A stretch of DNA of 63,777 nt, the filler included, from Octopus bimaculoides (lineage: Eukaryota), in the NCBI RefSeq assembly GCF_001194135.2. It is 4 parts of 4 records of this genome, joined end to end, with 100 filler letters (N's around TTAATTAATTAA, not from the genome) between each part and the next. Parts side by side here need not be neighbours in the genome. Positions count along the whole stretch, not along the records: positions 51,716 to 63,777 come from NC_068992.1; 3 more parts are not named here. One strand, 5' to 3'. Numbering within the stretch: position 1 is the stretch's first letter; every line of letters begins with the position of its first letter. The notes beneath the pieces are model-generated. The model searched no databases and was not told where the DNA came from. It saw only the letters and a list, made by a program, of their open reading frames with translations. The position numbers and the translations under genes are program-made. This document shows positions 63,646-63,777 of the stretch, piece after piece.

Positions 63646-63777
63646 ATATATATATATATATATATATGTAAGAATTTAAGGAATGGAGAAAACGCATGTT
63701 ATAATTGCATACTTTATTCCTACATATGTTTCAAAGGATTACAACCTGTGTGATCCATAAGGATCTTTGATATTAAA

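Overview
AT-rich, microsatellite- and transposon-saturated eukaryotic DNA from a gapped draft assembly (17 N-gaps, three of them carrying a synthetic TTAATTAATTAA spacer). The repeat families and composition are consistent with an octopus/coleoid cephalopod genome (inference). The one host gene I can support is REV1 (Y-family dCMP transferase) on the + strand. Nine phase-compatible GT-AG exons between 35516 and 50626 encode the N-terminus, BRCT domain, low-complexity linker, N-digit and the first part of the polymerase core. One internal exon is missing, probably in the 100-N gap at 47473-47572, and no C-terminal exons are visible after the spacer gap at 51616-51715. The rest is mobile DNA: tRNA-derived SINEs, a Penelope-like RT fragment, Dong/R4-type, CRE-type, RTE and CR1-type LINE relics, and a Tc1 relic. 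It also holds a Merlin-like MITE with a telomere-repeat core, a Sola-like element nested in an RTE, two long-arm foldback elements (one inside a REV1 intron), and short microsatellite-flanked units carrying minimal hammerhead-ribozyme-like motifs. No rRNA, bona fide tRNA or CRISPR array was seen. Repeat coordinates are approximate unless termini or TSDs are quoted. Comparisons to human REV1 and to TE consensus motifs are from memory, not from a database search.
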